This document shows, piece by piece, positions 50,273 to 61,709 of a stretch of 64,000 nucleotides of DNA; position 1 is the stretch's first letter, and the number at the start of each line of letters is the position of its first letter. The stretch spans positions 66,340,001 through 66,404,000 of the forward strand of contig NC_043003.1 in assembly GCF_006345805.1 (NCBI RefSeq), in the 5' to 3' direction. The position numbers and the translations under genes are program-made. This DNA is from Octopus sinensis (lineage: Eukaryota). A model generated the notes under the pieces. It was not told where the DNA came from and did not search any database. It saw nothing but the letters and a program-made list of their open reading frames with translations.

Positions 50273-51404
50273 TATATAATTGCCATTACTGTATTGATAT
50301 ATAAAATAACACATACAACTCACTTACTATTGTCATATAATAAACAAACAGAAGTTCGTGTATGAAACTGATCTTTTTCTACTTCAATTATTACATGTTT
50401 TTTTCTTATAAAATACACACATACAGGAGGGTTAAACCTATATATATAATAACACTTTGAATGTGGCTCCCAAGAAAGAGTAAAAGTAATTACCCGATCA
50501 ATGACGGGTATTACTGCTAGTATATAATAGATCATGCGTTCCTCTAGACTTCCTCCTGTAAACTTTCTGTCCTTCTGGTAGTAAGTACTGATTGTCAAGG
50601 TATTCGCAAATGCTTTCTGAAAGCATTCCTGTTAACATCTTCCACATTAATGGTAAGCACGGGATTGGTCTATAACTGCTAATTGTATTACCCTTGCTCT
50701 TATCCTTCACAATGAGTATTGTCCACCCTCTAGTCATCCAAGCTGGTATTATTCCTCCATTAAGGCAATCCTGAAGTTGTTTTCTCAGCCTCCCACGTAA
50801 ACTACTGAATTTTTTTAGCAAGTACCCTTGCACTAAATCTTGTCCTAGGCCCTTCCAAATAAGCATTTTTCCTAACACTTTACTCATTAATGCACTAGTT
50901 AATCTTAGATCTCGCTGCTTCTCAATACTCCTTACCTCATTTTCTTTAACCATACTGCATCTCCTTTATGACTGTTTTATCCCAAATATTACTCCAGAAC
51001 TTTCTACTTTCCTCTGCATTAGGTTTCTCATCTTCAGTACTTCGTTTTCCACTATTTGGTTATAAAACCCCCTTTGGTCTGTCTCCAATAATCTATTCTG
51101 TTGATACTGATCTACTATTTTCTGATATCTGGAGAGCTTGCCTACTACTGCTATTATACGCTGTTTCAACTCTTCTATGACTGTCCCAAATCCTTGCCCT
51201 TTGACTAAATATCTTTCCTCGAGGCAAGATTTACATCAGGTGTTTCATAACTTGTTTGTTTTCCAGGCTTCTATTCTACTTAGATCTTGTCTTAAAGTCT
51301 TCACTTATTTTTAGTCTCATTTCCACCTTTGCTCTTTTTTAATCTTTCCCTGTGAGATATTTAAATTTCTGGTGACTTGTTTTCTATATTTTTAGTAGGA
51401 GTAG

Positions 51405-51454
<50 letters not shown>

Positions 51455-51463
<9 letters not shown>

Positions 51464-51575
51464 TTGAACCCATTGCTCCGATGAAAATAGGGATAACCTC
51501 TATGTTTGACACTCGTAGCTGCCACATCTTAACAATCTCAGTTCTCAGGTCTCCATATTTATGAACCTTTTCTCT
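51455..51575 (-). mobile_element. R4/Dong-type RLE fragment abutting a (TAG)n tract
   Basis: EKVHKYGDLRTEIVKMWQLRVSNIEVIPIFIGAMGSI. Confidence 0.75.
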
Positions 51576-52193
51576 TTTTTTGAATTCCCCAAAACACTTT
51601 TTCAAAAATCAATTTTCATACAGGTGTATCGAGTGTAATTCAGCGTACTCAGCAATGTTGGTGTTAGATAAAATGCCTAGACTTATATTATTCATAGGTT
51701 TCTTACATTGTGTACCAGCAACAGGTGGAAGCTCTATCATCACGGCTCTTTTCCCAGTGATAAATTTTTCATAATTTTTTCTCCTCCACTTTGTTTAAAC
51801 TGCTGCGTTTACTTTCTCATATTTTCTTGTTTATTGCTGGTTGCAGTGATTATTTTTCCAACATTTATTGAATAATCACTTTGTATGTGATTCGGGCATG
51901 AATGAGTTATAGAACATGAGTATCTGATAAATCTTAGACAACGGCAGTGTCATTTACTGTCAAGTCAGCGTTCTCTGAATTTTCTTTTCCTATATTTATA
52001 CTTATTCCTAAAAAATTCAGCGTTCTATTGATTCAGGAAAATTAAGTAGGGCTCATCAACATGTTATATATGCATATATATATATATATAACATATAGTA
52101 CGTGTGTGTATGTATATACATCATTATTCATATATACATATATATACACATATTTGAATACGTGCATGCTTACATGCATATAGGTAACTATAT

Positions 52194-52232
<39 letters not shown>

Positions 52233-52285
52233 ATATATATACATATATATATATATGTGTGTGTGTGTATGTGTGTGTGTGTATG

Positions 52286-52322
<37 letters not shown>

Positions 52323-52324
52323 GC

Positions 52325-52639
52325 ACACATATGAAAACACAAATGAAAACTAAAACACATGACCATATACAAATACACTTCATACAAGGACACATATGGA
52401 GGCACACATCAACACATATGGAGATACATATCCATACAGACAGTACATAGTAACAAAAACGCATACACACATACAGACACACTCAGATATGAACATACAA
52501 AGAGACAGAAGCACACACACACGCACACACACACACACACAAACATGCAAACACACATACGCCCATAAAACACACAACCCAAAGAAATGAATATGCAGAA
52601 TGCATACATACAAACGCACACATATATGCGTTTATAAAC

Positions 52640-52707
<68 letters not shown>

Positions 52708-53295
52708 TTTTGGGGATTTGGTTGCAAGATTCTTTATGTGAGTTCGTGTGTTGAAGCATATTTTGTTGTGTCTGGGGTGAGTCAGTCTCTTTTAGTGCCT
52801 TATTATTTCCACTCATTTACTTATTTATTTTTCCTAAAATTTTCGTTGCGTCTTGCAACCTTTTCAATAGTGGTTGTCTCTGTCCGTTATCCAGGCTGCG
52901 TTCTTTTTGTTTGTTTGTGCGCATGTGTGAGGGTGAGTGTGTGAGCGCCATGCATGTAAGTATGTATATGCATGAATGTACATGTGTGTGCGTATGTATA
53001 TATGTATGCGTGTACGTTTGTATGTATTCTGCATATTCATATGTTTGTGGTTGTGTGTTTGTGTGTTTTTATGTGTGCATGTGTGTTTGCATGTATGTGT
53101 GTGTGTGCCTCTGTCTTTTTGTACGTCCATATCTGAGTGTATCTATGTATTTATGCGTTTTTGTGACTATGTACTTTGTGTGTATGTATGACTGTGTATC
53201 TCCATATGTGTGGATGTGTGTCTCCATATGTGTCCTTGTGTGAAGTGTATGTGTATATGTTTATGTGATTCAGTCTTCATTTGCGTGTGTATGTG
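52325..53295. repeat. Inverted duplication, ~300 bp arms with a ~350 bp spacer
   Basis: gagatacatatcc...gtacatagtaacaaaaacgcat...cactcagatatg...agacagaagcac (left) matches the reverse complement of 52975-53295. Confidence 0.8.
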
Positions 53296-53584
53296 TATGT
53301 GTGCTTGTCTATTCCAATTACTGATGTACCTATCCGTCTGTATGTCTATCTGTTTACATTCATATCCATTTGCTTACATAGCTGTATATGCATATATATA
53401 TATATATATATATATATCTACGTATCTGTCTGCCTCAGTGTATATTCATATAGTATATATGTGTGTGTATGTATATGTGTGCGTATGTGTGTTTCTGTGT
53501 GTGAAATCTCTGTGCATTTTTTCTTCTTAATATCTATTATCTATTATATTTCTAACGTAACGGAAAAATACAAAGCAAACAGGA

Positions 53585-53735
53585 GTGGTGCAAAGAGACT
53601 GCCTTGTTTTGTCTTATTTCATTCAGTGAATGAATTGGACACTTTCCCACTATTTCTTACAGAAGCCATCATCCCTTGATGGAAAGAAATGATGACATTG
53701 AGTAAATTTTCGTGAACACATAGCTTTCTGAATAC
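53585..53735 (-). mobile_element. RTE-type LINE RT fragment
   Basis: KLCVHENLLNVIISFHQGMMASVRNSGKVSNSF...KQGSLFAPLLF. Confidence 0.78.
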
Positions 53736-54715
53736 ATAGCTTTCTGAATTACTCTTCATCACTAGTATGAAGAGTAATTTCAGTTTCATGCTTTCATGTA
53801 AGGTTTTCATGATTGTCGGGCGAAGGACATATATTATGTATGTGTGTGTATGTGTGTGTGTGTGTATGTGTGTGTGTGTGTGTGCGTGCGTGTGTATATG
53901 CATATTTATATATATTTAATAAGAATCTGAACTCAGTTCTGTTTCCATCTAAAGCAAAATTATTTAAATCCAAATGATATAACAACCGAAGCTAACAACA
54001 AACATAACGACATATGCTTCGTCTTGTCGTTTTATATAAATCAACACACGATATTTCACAATCATTTCACAAACATTAGTTAAAGACATTTAGACAAATT
54101 AATTACTCACTTGATAGATCAAAGTTTACAGATAACGAATTGTATTGAAAAACAATAAAAAGAACATTGCATCGGCACATGTCAATGTTTTATGATAGAA
54201 TCTCCAATAATGCTTCATGTAATGTTAGCACATTTAATCAATATATATATCTCTTCCATTTTAAACACATTTATAATGTGGTTTAATGTATTATTTTATT
54301 CTTCTATATCAGTTCGTTTTTAAACACATTTAACGCTTTCAATTCATTTTTCTGCTGTTTATCTCAACATGTAAGTAGTATGTAGTCGTCGGCACATTTG
54401 TAAGATGTTGTAAATCGCTTTTATTTTATGCAGAGACATATTATCAAAACAAAAGGATTTAAGGATGTTAAGAATGAAACAAAATGCTATTGAGAGATAA
54501 CGAATATAATGTAATAAATATATTATAAACACGCACACGAATGCACAAACACAACATACATTTATATACAAGCATACCCAGAATACATACACATACATGA
54601 GTGTGTGTGTGTGCGTGCGTGTCTGTACAAACATTGCCAGTACGGATCAGCGAACAAACTGTTTTGCTGAAATAATAGATATTACTATTGGTTCTTGTTA
54701 TGTGCGGGAGTGTTT

Positions 54716-54762
54716 TTCTGGCTGGTGTGACACAATGGTGTCGAAACACCGGTGTTTCAGAA
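54716..54762 (+). ncRNA. Degenerate type I hammerhead-like fold (HHR family 5)
   Basis: ttctgg-CTGGTGT-gacac(aatg)gtgtc-GAA-ACACCGGTGT-T-tcagaa: all three helices pair, but core A6 and A9 are substituted. Confidence 0.5.
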
Positions 54763-54984
54763 TACCTCCTTCTACAGATGAATCGAGTGTATTTTTGAAA
54801 GTATATTCGATTAGCCTATTCACGTTCGAATCTGCTGGAACGCAGAAGAAATATGCTAATCATCGCTCATCGTAAAACTTACTCTGAGAGACATGCAAGA
54901 AATTGGAAAGATTAAGAAAAAAACAAAAAAAAACACTGAAGAATGCCACTGAATCAAAAGAAATATACAAACATACACACATAC

Positions 54985-55090
54985 TCATCCTTTCATCCTT
55001 CGGGGTCGATAAATTAAGTACCAGTTGTGCACTGGGGTAAATGTGATCGACTTAATCCCTTTGTCCTTGTTTGTTCCCTCTACGTTTAGC
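54985..55090 (+). mobile_element. SINE family B 3' half
   Basis: ctttcatccttcggggtcgataaattaagtaccagttg...gacttaatccctttgtccttgtttg. Confidence 0.8.
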
Positions 55091-55243
55091 CTGATGCATG
55101 TTCATTCACCTTTGGTGATTGCGGTTTTATTGAATACGTTTATTCTTTAGTAATTCAAGATATCTTTACGTAATTTTGGTAAATATAACTCCTAAAATGA
55201 GATGTCGGTATTATTATTATCATTTTTTCATTATATGGACGAC

Positions 55244-55427
55244 AATATACTTTATTAAACAGCGGCAAAAAATATCACAAACTGTTACTCAGAGTTTCAC
55301 GTTCCCGTTCTTGCGACACTTTCGTTTAGAATTTAAAATTCTTAACAAAACTGCCCAACGAACGGGAACGTGAAACGCTGAGCAACAGTTTTTGTGATAT
55401 TTTTGCTGCTTTTTAATAAAGCATATT
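55244..55427. mobile_element. Palindromic element formed by two inverted HHR family 1 units
   Basis: Arms tttattaaacagcggcaaaaaatatcacaaactgttactcagagtttcacgttcccgttc / gaacgggaacgtgaaacgctgagcaacagtttttgtgatatttttgctgctttttaataaa. Confidence 0.85.
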
Positions 55428-55872
55428 AATCTACCTCTGGTATACGTGTACTATTTTTTCCCACCTTGTTTCGCATTTATGTGATTAATCTGGTATATAT
55501 ATATATGGCAACAAATAATGTACATGCCCAACATTAATATTGCTTTCTGCTGATGCACTTTGTCGTGCCAATCCTACATTCATATACGCACGCATGTTTG
55601 TATGTGTCTAATAAGTTCTAGTTATATTTTCTGCTTAATAAAGTCTTTACTTTGGTAAGGAGTCACATATTACGCTAATGTCTAATGATCTAAGTCTTAG
55701 CAAGAAACCATCACACACGTATACAAATGTGTGTGGGTGTGTGGGTGTGCGGGTTTGTAAGCGTTTATGAGTGTGTGAGTGCGTGTGTGTTACTTACCCT
55801 TCTCTTTTCTTTTTTCCTTTAGTATAATAGATACATTTTTTCAAGCATTATTTCCAAGCGTCCTACTTCAAA

Positions 55873-55899
55873 ATGCATCAGCAGGAAAGTGTACAAAAG

Positions 55900-55964
<65 letters not shown>

Positions 55965-56331
55965 TGATGGCGGTGGTGGTGGTGGTGGGGACAATGTTGA
56001 TGATGATGATGATGATGATGAACATCATCATCATCATCATCATGTTACTGAAGCACAAGTTGATGATGGTGTTGATGTTGATAATAACAATCACAACAGC
56101 TACAACAACAACAACAACAATAACAATAATAATTGTAATAATAATAATAATAATCATTGTAATAATAATAATAATAATGGTGATGATGATGATGATGATG
56201 ATGATGATAATAATAATACCAGCAATAGCAACAACAAAACCATGAGCAGCGATAGGTCATTGCAGCAATTGCTGCAGCCGCCTCCACCGCCGCTACAGCA
56301 GCAACAGCAGCAACAGCAGCAGGAACAATAA
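55873..56331 (+). other. 152-codon low-complexity ORF built from in-phase trinucleotide repeats; coding status unsupported
   Basis: ORF track; CAAAATG context; polypyrimidine-TAG acceptor at 55821-55822. Confidence 0.2.
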
Positions 56332-56695
56332 TACTAAAATACTAATAAATATAATAATAATTCCCAAGATACTCTTCTGTTACTAAGATTTTCTTTATTT
56401 TATTCCTTTTCATTTGGATTTAATTTTTTTTTTCCTGCCATCATTTCTCAGTGTTTTTTTTTTTTTTTTGCGTCCAAGATTGAGATATAAAGACACTCGC
56501 CTGCTTCGCAATGTCTTCCCTCACATCTCGCCTGCTAAGTTAGCTTTAATTTCATGCTGGTTTACGAAGTCAGTCATGCATTCGCCAATGTATTTTAACG
56601 TGAATGCCAGGACAATGGAAACCTTTGATGTGTTTACAAAACTAAACCAGTTGACAGCACGAAAAGTAGAGTAGTACAATTTAGTAGGTCCATTC

Positions 56696-56759
<64 letters not shown>

Positions 56760-57156
56760 GGTGTTGTAGTAGTAGTCGTTGTTTTTGATGGTGATACTGT
56801 TCTAGTTTTAGCTGTAATTATTGATGTTGCTCTTGTTTTTGTTTTTGTTGATGTTGTTATTGTTGTTGTTGTTGTTGATGTTGGTATCATCTTGTTGTTG
56901 CGCCTGTTGAGTGCTTTACAAGAAACACAAACGCAAGAACTGTGGCGTGTATTCACATTTGAGAGAAGAGAATACATTTTTTTCGTTTCTTTTTTTTTAC
57001 TTAGCAATGCACTGCGCAACTATATGCCGGTATCTGCGAATGAAACCACAAAGGGAAAAGTGAAAAGAGGAACACACTCAGCTGAAAATAGCCTATCATA
57101 CATACATATATACATGCATGTACGCATACATTTATATACACACACATACATACGCA

Positions 57157-57187
<31 letters not shown>

Positions 57188-57239
57188 CCATGTTGATTCG
57201 TTAGCTACTGCACGCATTTTTTTTCTCTCCTTCTTTCTG

Positions 57240-57395
57240 TGTTTTTTTCTCTCTGTGTATCTTTCTGTTGAAGAGCGTAGGCTCGAAACGTTAAAGACTT
57301 GTTTTATTTATATTTCCTGAGCGCCATACTAATACAATTGTTCGTTTGTTTTCCACCTGCCTTCGTCTTTTGTCTATTTTCATAAAGCTTCCCGT

Positions 57396-57400
<5 letters not shown>
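57240..57400 (+). mobile_element. HHR family 3 repeat
   Basis: tcttt-CTGTTGA-a-gagc(gtag)gctc-GAA-ACGT-T-aaaga at 57260-57297. Confidence 0.72.
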
Positions 57401-57431
<31 letters not shown>

Positions 57432-57475
57432 ATATATATACATACATACATACATACATATATATATATATATAA

Positions 57476-57515
<40 letters not shown>

Positions 57516-57519
57516 TATA

Positions 57520-57918
57520 TAGGAGTGGCTGTGTGGTAAGTAGCTTGCCTACGAACCACATGGTTCTGGGTTCAGTCCCACTGCGTGGCATCTTGGGCAA
57601 GTGTCTTCTGCCATAGCCCCGGGCCGACCAATGCCTTGTGAGTGGAATTGGTAGACGGAAACTGGAAGAAGCCTGTCGTATATATGTATATATATATATG
57701 CGTGTGTGTGTTTGTGTGAGTGTGGTTGTCCCCCTAGCATTGCTTGACAACCGATGCTGGTGTGTTTACGTCCCCGTCATCTAGCGGTTCGGCAAAAGAG
57801 ACCGATAGAATAAGTACTGGGCTTACAAAAGAATAAGTCCCGGGGTCGATTTGCTCGAATAAAGGCGGTGCTCCAGCATGACCGCAGTCAAATGACTGAA
57901 ACAAGTAAAAGAGTAAGA
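57520..57918 (+). mobile_element. SINE family A, full length (best-preserved copy)
   Basis: aggagtggctgtgtggtaagtagcttgc...ctagcggttcggcaaaagagaccgatagaataagtact...aaaggcggtgctccagcatgaccgcagtcaaatgactgaaacaagtaaaagag. Confidence 0.92.
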
Positions 57919-57967
<49 letters not shown>

Positions 57968-58058
57968 TAGTAATATAGGATGAATTTTTTTTTACAGAAA
58001 ATAATTTCATCAAAAAAGTGGCAGCATATTAAAATACCTTTAAAGTTTAAAATTATGA

Positions 58059-58321
58059 ACAACTTATAAACAAGGGCAAAATAAAATTATTTTGTATGCC
58101 AATATGCTGATAACAGACTTTGAAATCGTCAATTTCCACATATCATTATACCCACAACAGAAATACCGAACTTCAAAAAAAATTCTGGTGGCTAGCTTTC
58201 CTCCATTTCAGCACAACGTATTTCTGTAGTGAGTATAATAATACGTGGAAATTGACGATTTGAAAGTCTGTTATCAGCATATTGGCATAGATATAAATTT
58301 CTTTTGCCCTTGTTTATAAGT

Positions 58322-58324
<3 letters not shown>
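58059..58324. mobile_element. Fold-back MITE, ~85 bp arms
   Basis: acaacttataaacaagggcaaaa...atgccaatatgctgataacagactttgaaatcgtcaatttccac and its reverse complement. Confidence 0.85.
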
Positions 58325-58387
<63 letters not shown>

Positions 58388-58465
58388 CACATATACACAT
58401 ACATATACACATACATATATATACATACATATACACATATTTATGTATATATATATGTGTATATA

Positions 58466-58499
<34 letters not shown>

Positions 58500-59599
58500 T
58501 GAAGGTTTGAAAATGCAATTGTAAAAAATGTTTATTCACTTGACCGGTTTCACTTTTTTAGAAAAAGATTGTCAAATGTAACATGTAAAATCTTTGTTGC
58601 GTTAGGTACAGTTATCATAAAATATTACAATACCTATATAATTTCTTTGATAATAAAAAGTACATGTTAAAAACAGTTTACAAGGAGAAATCTTATATAT
58701 ATACATATATTATTTATATAATATTATATTATGTTATATTACATTATATATATATTAACAGCGGCACGTTGTGCCCTTCACCAGGAAGCTTTATTTCACA
58801 TAGCTCCCGTCCCTTCAACTGTTAAAAATGTGTTGTTCTTGTAATTCAAATATCGGCCATGTTGCATTCTGTGTTACACTGTATCTCCCTGCGCATATTA
58901 AGGACTAGATAGTGCAATAGCTTGGATTAAAAGGGCCCACAGTAGATTAATATTTTGCACCAAAATCTGAAGGATCTACATGGAGTAGAGAGTAGATGAC
59001 TTCCAGCAGCACCTTCTACTCCCGTAATCCTAAATCCCAGATCAGCCTGTATCATGGCAATAAAAATCGAATAAGGGCAGCAATATTAATCTCTCTGATT
59101 TATCAAATTCCAACCTCATAAGAATGGCCATTGAAAAGGCACTGAAAATGACACTGTCCAGCATGGCTTCAAACTTTGGACTGGAGAGCATAATAGAATG
59201 ATGGAGTAACAGAATACATATACGTTCCTATATTTGTACGCATACGAGCATATTAGCTGTTGTACAGTATAACTGTGTGTAACATTGCGTCTGTCTTTGT
59301 GTGTATGCGCCTCTCCATGTGTGTATGTTTGGATGTGAGAGAGAATATGTGTATTTGGATGTGAAGAATACATTATTAGTGACAGCTGTAATTTGCGTTA
59401 CAACTATTCACACATTGAAATGTTGGTTTCGTTCTTGTTTAAGTGTTAACGAGGAAATACAGTAGTCTAGATTAATGCTCTCGCCTTTTATATATGCAAA
59501 ACTTACCTTTATGCTGAAAAAAACGAGGAAAAAAGAGGAAACCGATGATAAAGAAAGTAAGGAGAAAAAATTGTAATTAAGATAAGAGTTGTGTCCCTT

Positions 59600-60252
59600 T
59601 CTGCATAAAAACATATTCTGACGCGCTTGGCGGCCGGTGGTCGAAAATACGGCAAAGGATGACTTGTCCGAGAAAATAACATTTTCCACTGCTCTAGGGA
59701 CCAATTCTGTAGGTTTTCACTCCACTCTAAACGCTTTGCAATTTTTGTTTTTGAAAGCAGTGGTTTTCTGATTGCAGCCCATCCATGAAATCTGGCTTTG
59801 TGCAGCTCCCGGCGAACAGTTTTTGTAGAAACTGGGTTCTCGATGTGGTCATTAATCTCTGCAGTAATTTTGGGAGCTGTACTTTTGTGATCCTTTCTAA
59901 CAATTCGCGTATGAATCCGACGGTCCCAATCTGAAAGGCTATCATTACTTTCAAGATAGTAATTCTTGATACACCAAATATTTCGGTTGTTTTCGTTACG
60001 CTAGCACCTGCCATACGAGCACTAACAATTTGACTTCTTTGCAAGTCCGATAGATCTGCCATTTTAATGAAAGTTAATTACCATTTTCTTATGATATCTG
60101 AAAAGAAAGGGAAATTGTAGTAAAACATTGTAAGCAACACTAATAATAAATAAAAACCATAAATATAAACAAGCTTTTGATGGTTTCATAGATATTTGAA
60201 AATTATGATGCTATGATGCTAGGTGTTTCCATTATTTTGTCCAACGTTTGTA
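59600..60252 (-). mobile_element. Tc1-like transposon 5' relic
   Basis: MADLSDLQRSQIVSARMAGASVTKTTEIFGVSR (paired-like HTH) and VIFSDKSSF (first catalytic D motif); TA|caaacgttggacaaaataatggaaac end. Confidence 0.85.
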
Positions 60253-60434
60253 TATATACACACACACACACATATACACGTACATACACACGCACATACA
60301 CACGCACATACACACGCACACACACACACGCACGCACACACACACACGCACGCACACACACACGCACACACATATATATATATATACACACACACAAAGT
60401 AAAATTGGAAGGTACCGCACAAGTGAGAATATAA

Positions 60435-60805
60435 AGGGAAGAGGATTTAAAAATGCAGTGGTCTTTTAAAGATTTTTAATGACTTCACAGGTTTCACTTT
60501 TTTAAAAAAAGATTTTCAAAGGTAAAATGTAAGGCTGTGTGTAACCTTTGTGGTGTTAAGCAATAGTTAACATATATGTATCAAAATGCACTCATAAAAT
60601 CTTGAAAATGCTAAGAAATAGAATTCTATCATTGTCAAAGACTCTATCACTGTATTTTAATTCATCCATGTTAGTTATTTGTAAAACCGCAAACGCTACA
60701 CAGAGCCTAACATATTTCTTTTGAAAATCATTTTTTTAAAAAGTGAAACCAGTCAGGTCAATAAACATCTTTAAAAGACGGCTGCATATCCAAATCCTCT
60801 TTCCT
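60435..60805. mobile_element. Fold-back MITE, ~105 bp imperfect arms; half copy at ~58500-58600
   Basis: gaagaggattt...tcttttaaagat...ggtttcactttttt...gattttcaaa vs reverse complement at 60700-60805. Confidence 0.75.
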
Positions 60806-60816
60806 ATATATATATA

Positions 60817-61411
60817 CTAGCAGTATCACCCGGCGTTGCTCGGGTTTGTAAGGGAAATAACTATATAAGCACTTTTAGTGAGTTATAGCAAATAAATAGC
60901 AAAAAAATGCATTAAAAATGGAATAAAAAATGATGGTAATTTTTTTTTGAATCGTTGACTCATCGTAGACATTTTTAGAGAGTTACTTCCCTTATATAAT
61001 AGCGAAAAATGCATTAAAATGGAATAAAAAATGATGGTAATTTTTTTTTAATCGTTGACTCATCGTAGACATTTTTAGAGAGTTACTTCCCTATATAATA
61101 GCGAAAAATGCATTAAAATGGAATAAAAAATGATGGTAATTTTTTTTTAATCGTTGACTCATCGTAGACATTTTTAGAGAGTTACTTCCCTTATATAATA
61201 GCGAAAATGCATTAAAATGGAATAAAAAATGATGTTAATTTTTTTTTAATCGTAGACTCATCGTAGACGCGCGTTAATACCCAGAAGGGCTCGATATGAA
61301 TCACGACTATAAGATACCCGGTTTTGGTTAAACTGCACCGAAAAATGTGGGAGTAGTTAGGAATCTAAATCGTAGGAGACAGACACACAACTTCACTTTT
61401 ATATATAAAGA
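60817..61411 (-). mobile_element. Non-autonomous Helitron with an internal ~99 bp tandem repeat (about 3.5 units)
   Basis: Minus strand A|TCtttatatataaaag...cccgagcaacgccggg-tgatactg-CTAG|T; atgcattaaaat unit recurs at ~60907, 61009, 61108, 61207. Confidence 0.88.
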
Positions 61412-61709
61412 TTTGTGCAACAACTAAAACATTCGGTTGTGCAAATTGTTTGCACAGGAAACCTGCCCTGTGTGGCGGTAATTGCTGTTTTTGTGGATCT
61501 GTTTCAGCTTTTTTAGCGATTTCTGTTTTGGCGACTTCAAGCCATGAAGTCGTTGTTCTAAAAGAACGCTGGTCTACTTGACAACGCATTACGACGTTGA
61601 TTTCCTTACACTCCCTTCCCCACAGCTTCACTAGGGAGGGAAGAAGGGGGGAGAAGCAACACAGGTGCAGGTGTGAGCGTGACGCCAACTCCGCCGCCAT
61701 CGACACACG

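Larger units (their letters stand above)
49285..50520 (+). mobile_element. Non-autonomous Helitron with nested inserts
   Basis: 5' A|TCtatatatataac; 3' cccgatcaatgacggg-tattactg-CTAG|T; no TSD; the host LINE reading frame is contiguous across it. Confidence 0.85.
48020..51400 (-). mobile_element. R4/Dong-type LINE ORF relic (RT and RLE), split by a Helitron at 49285-50520
   Basis: YQQNRLLETDQRGFY; WKGLGQDLVQGYLLKKF; YRPIPCLPLMWK; DLLYI|DKAVLNE; AYDMIPHPWI; GIFQRPSLSPL; MDDLK.F..NEKEIDSL; EKLSKYKDFEI...VGILGMIK. Confidence 0.92.

Noticed and set aside
54877-54930. Minus-strand polypyrimidine-CAG-A-GTAAGT as a recursive splice site
   Set aside because: Acceptor and donor are separated by one base rather than being directly juxtaposed AG|GT.
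57880-57915. SINE A tail (agtc-aaat-gact-GAAAC-aa-GTA-aaagag) as the 3' half of a hammerhead
   Set aside because: No CUGANGA upstream in any copy; the LINE-derived 3' stem-loop explains it.
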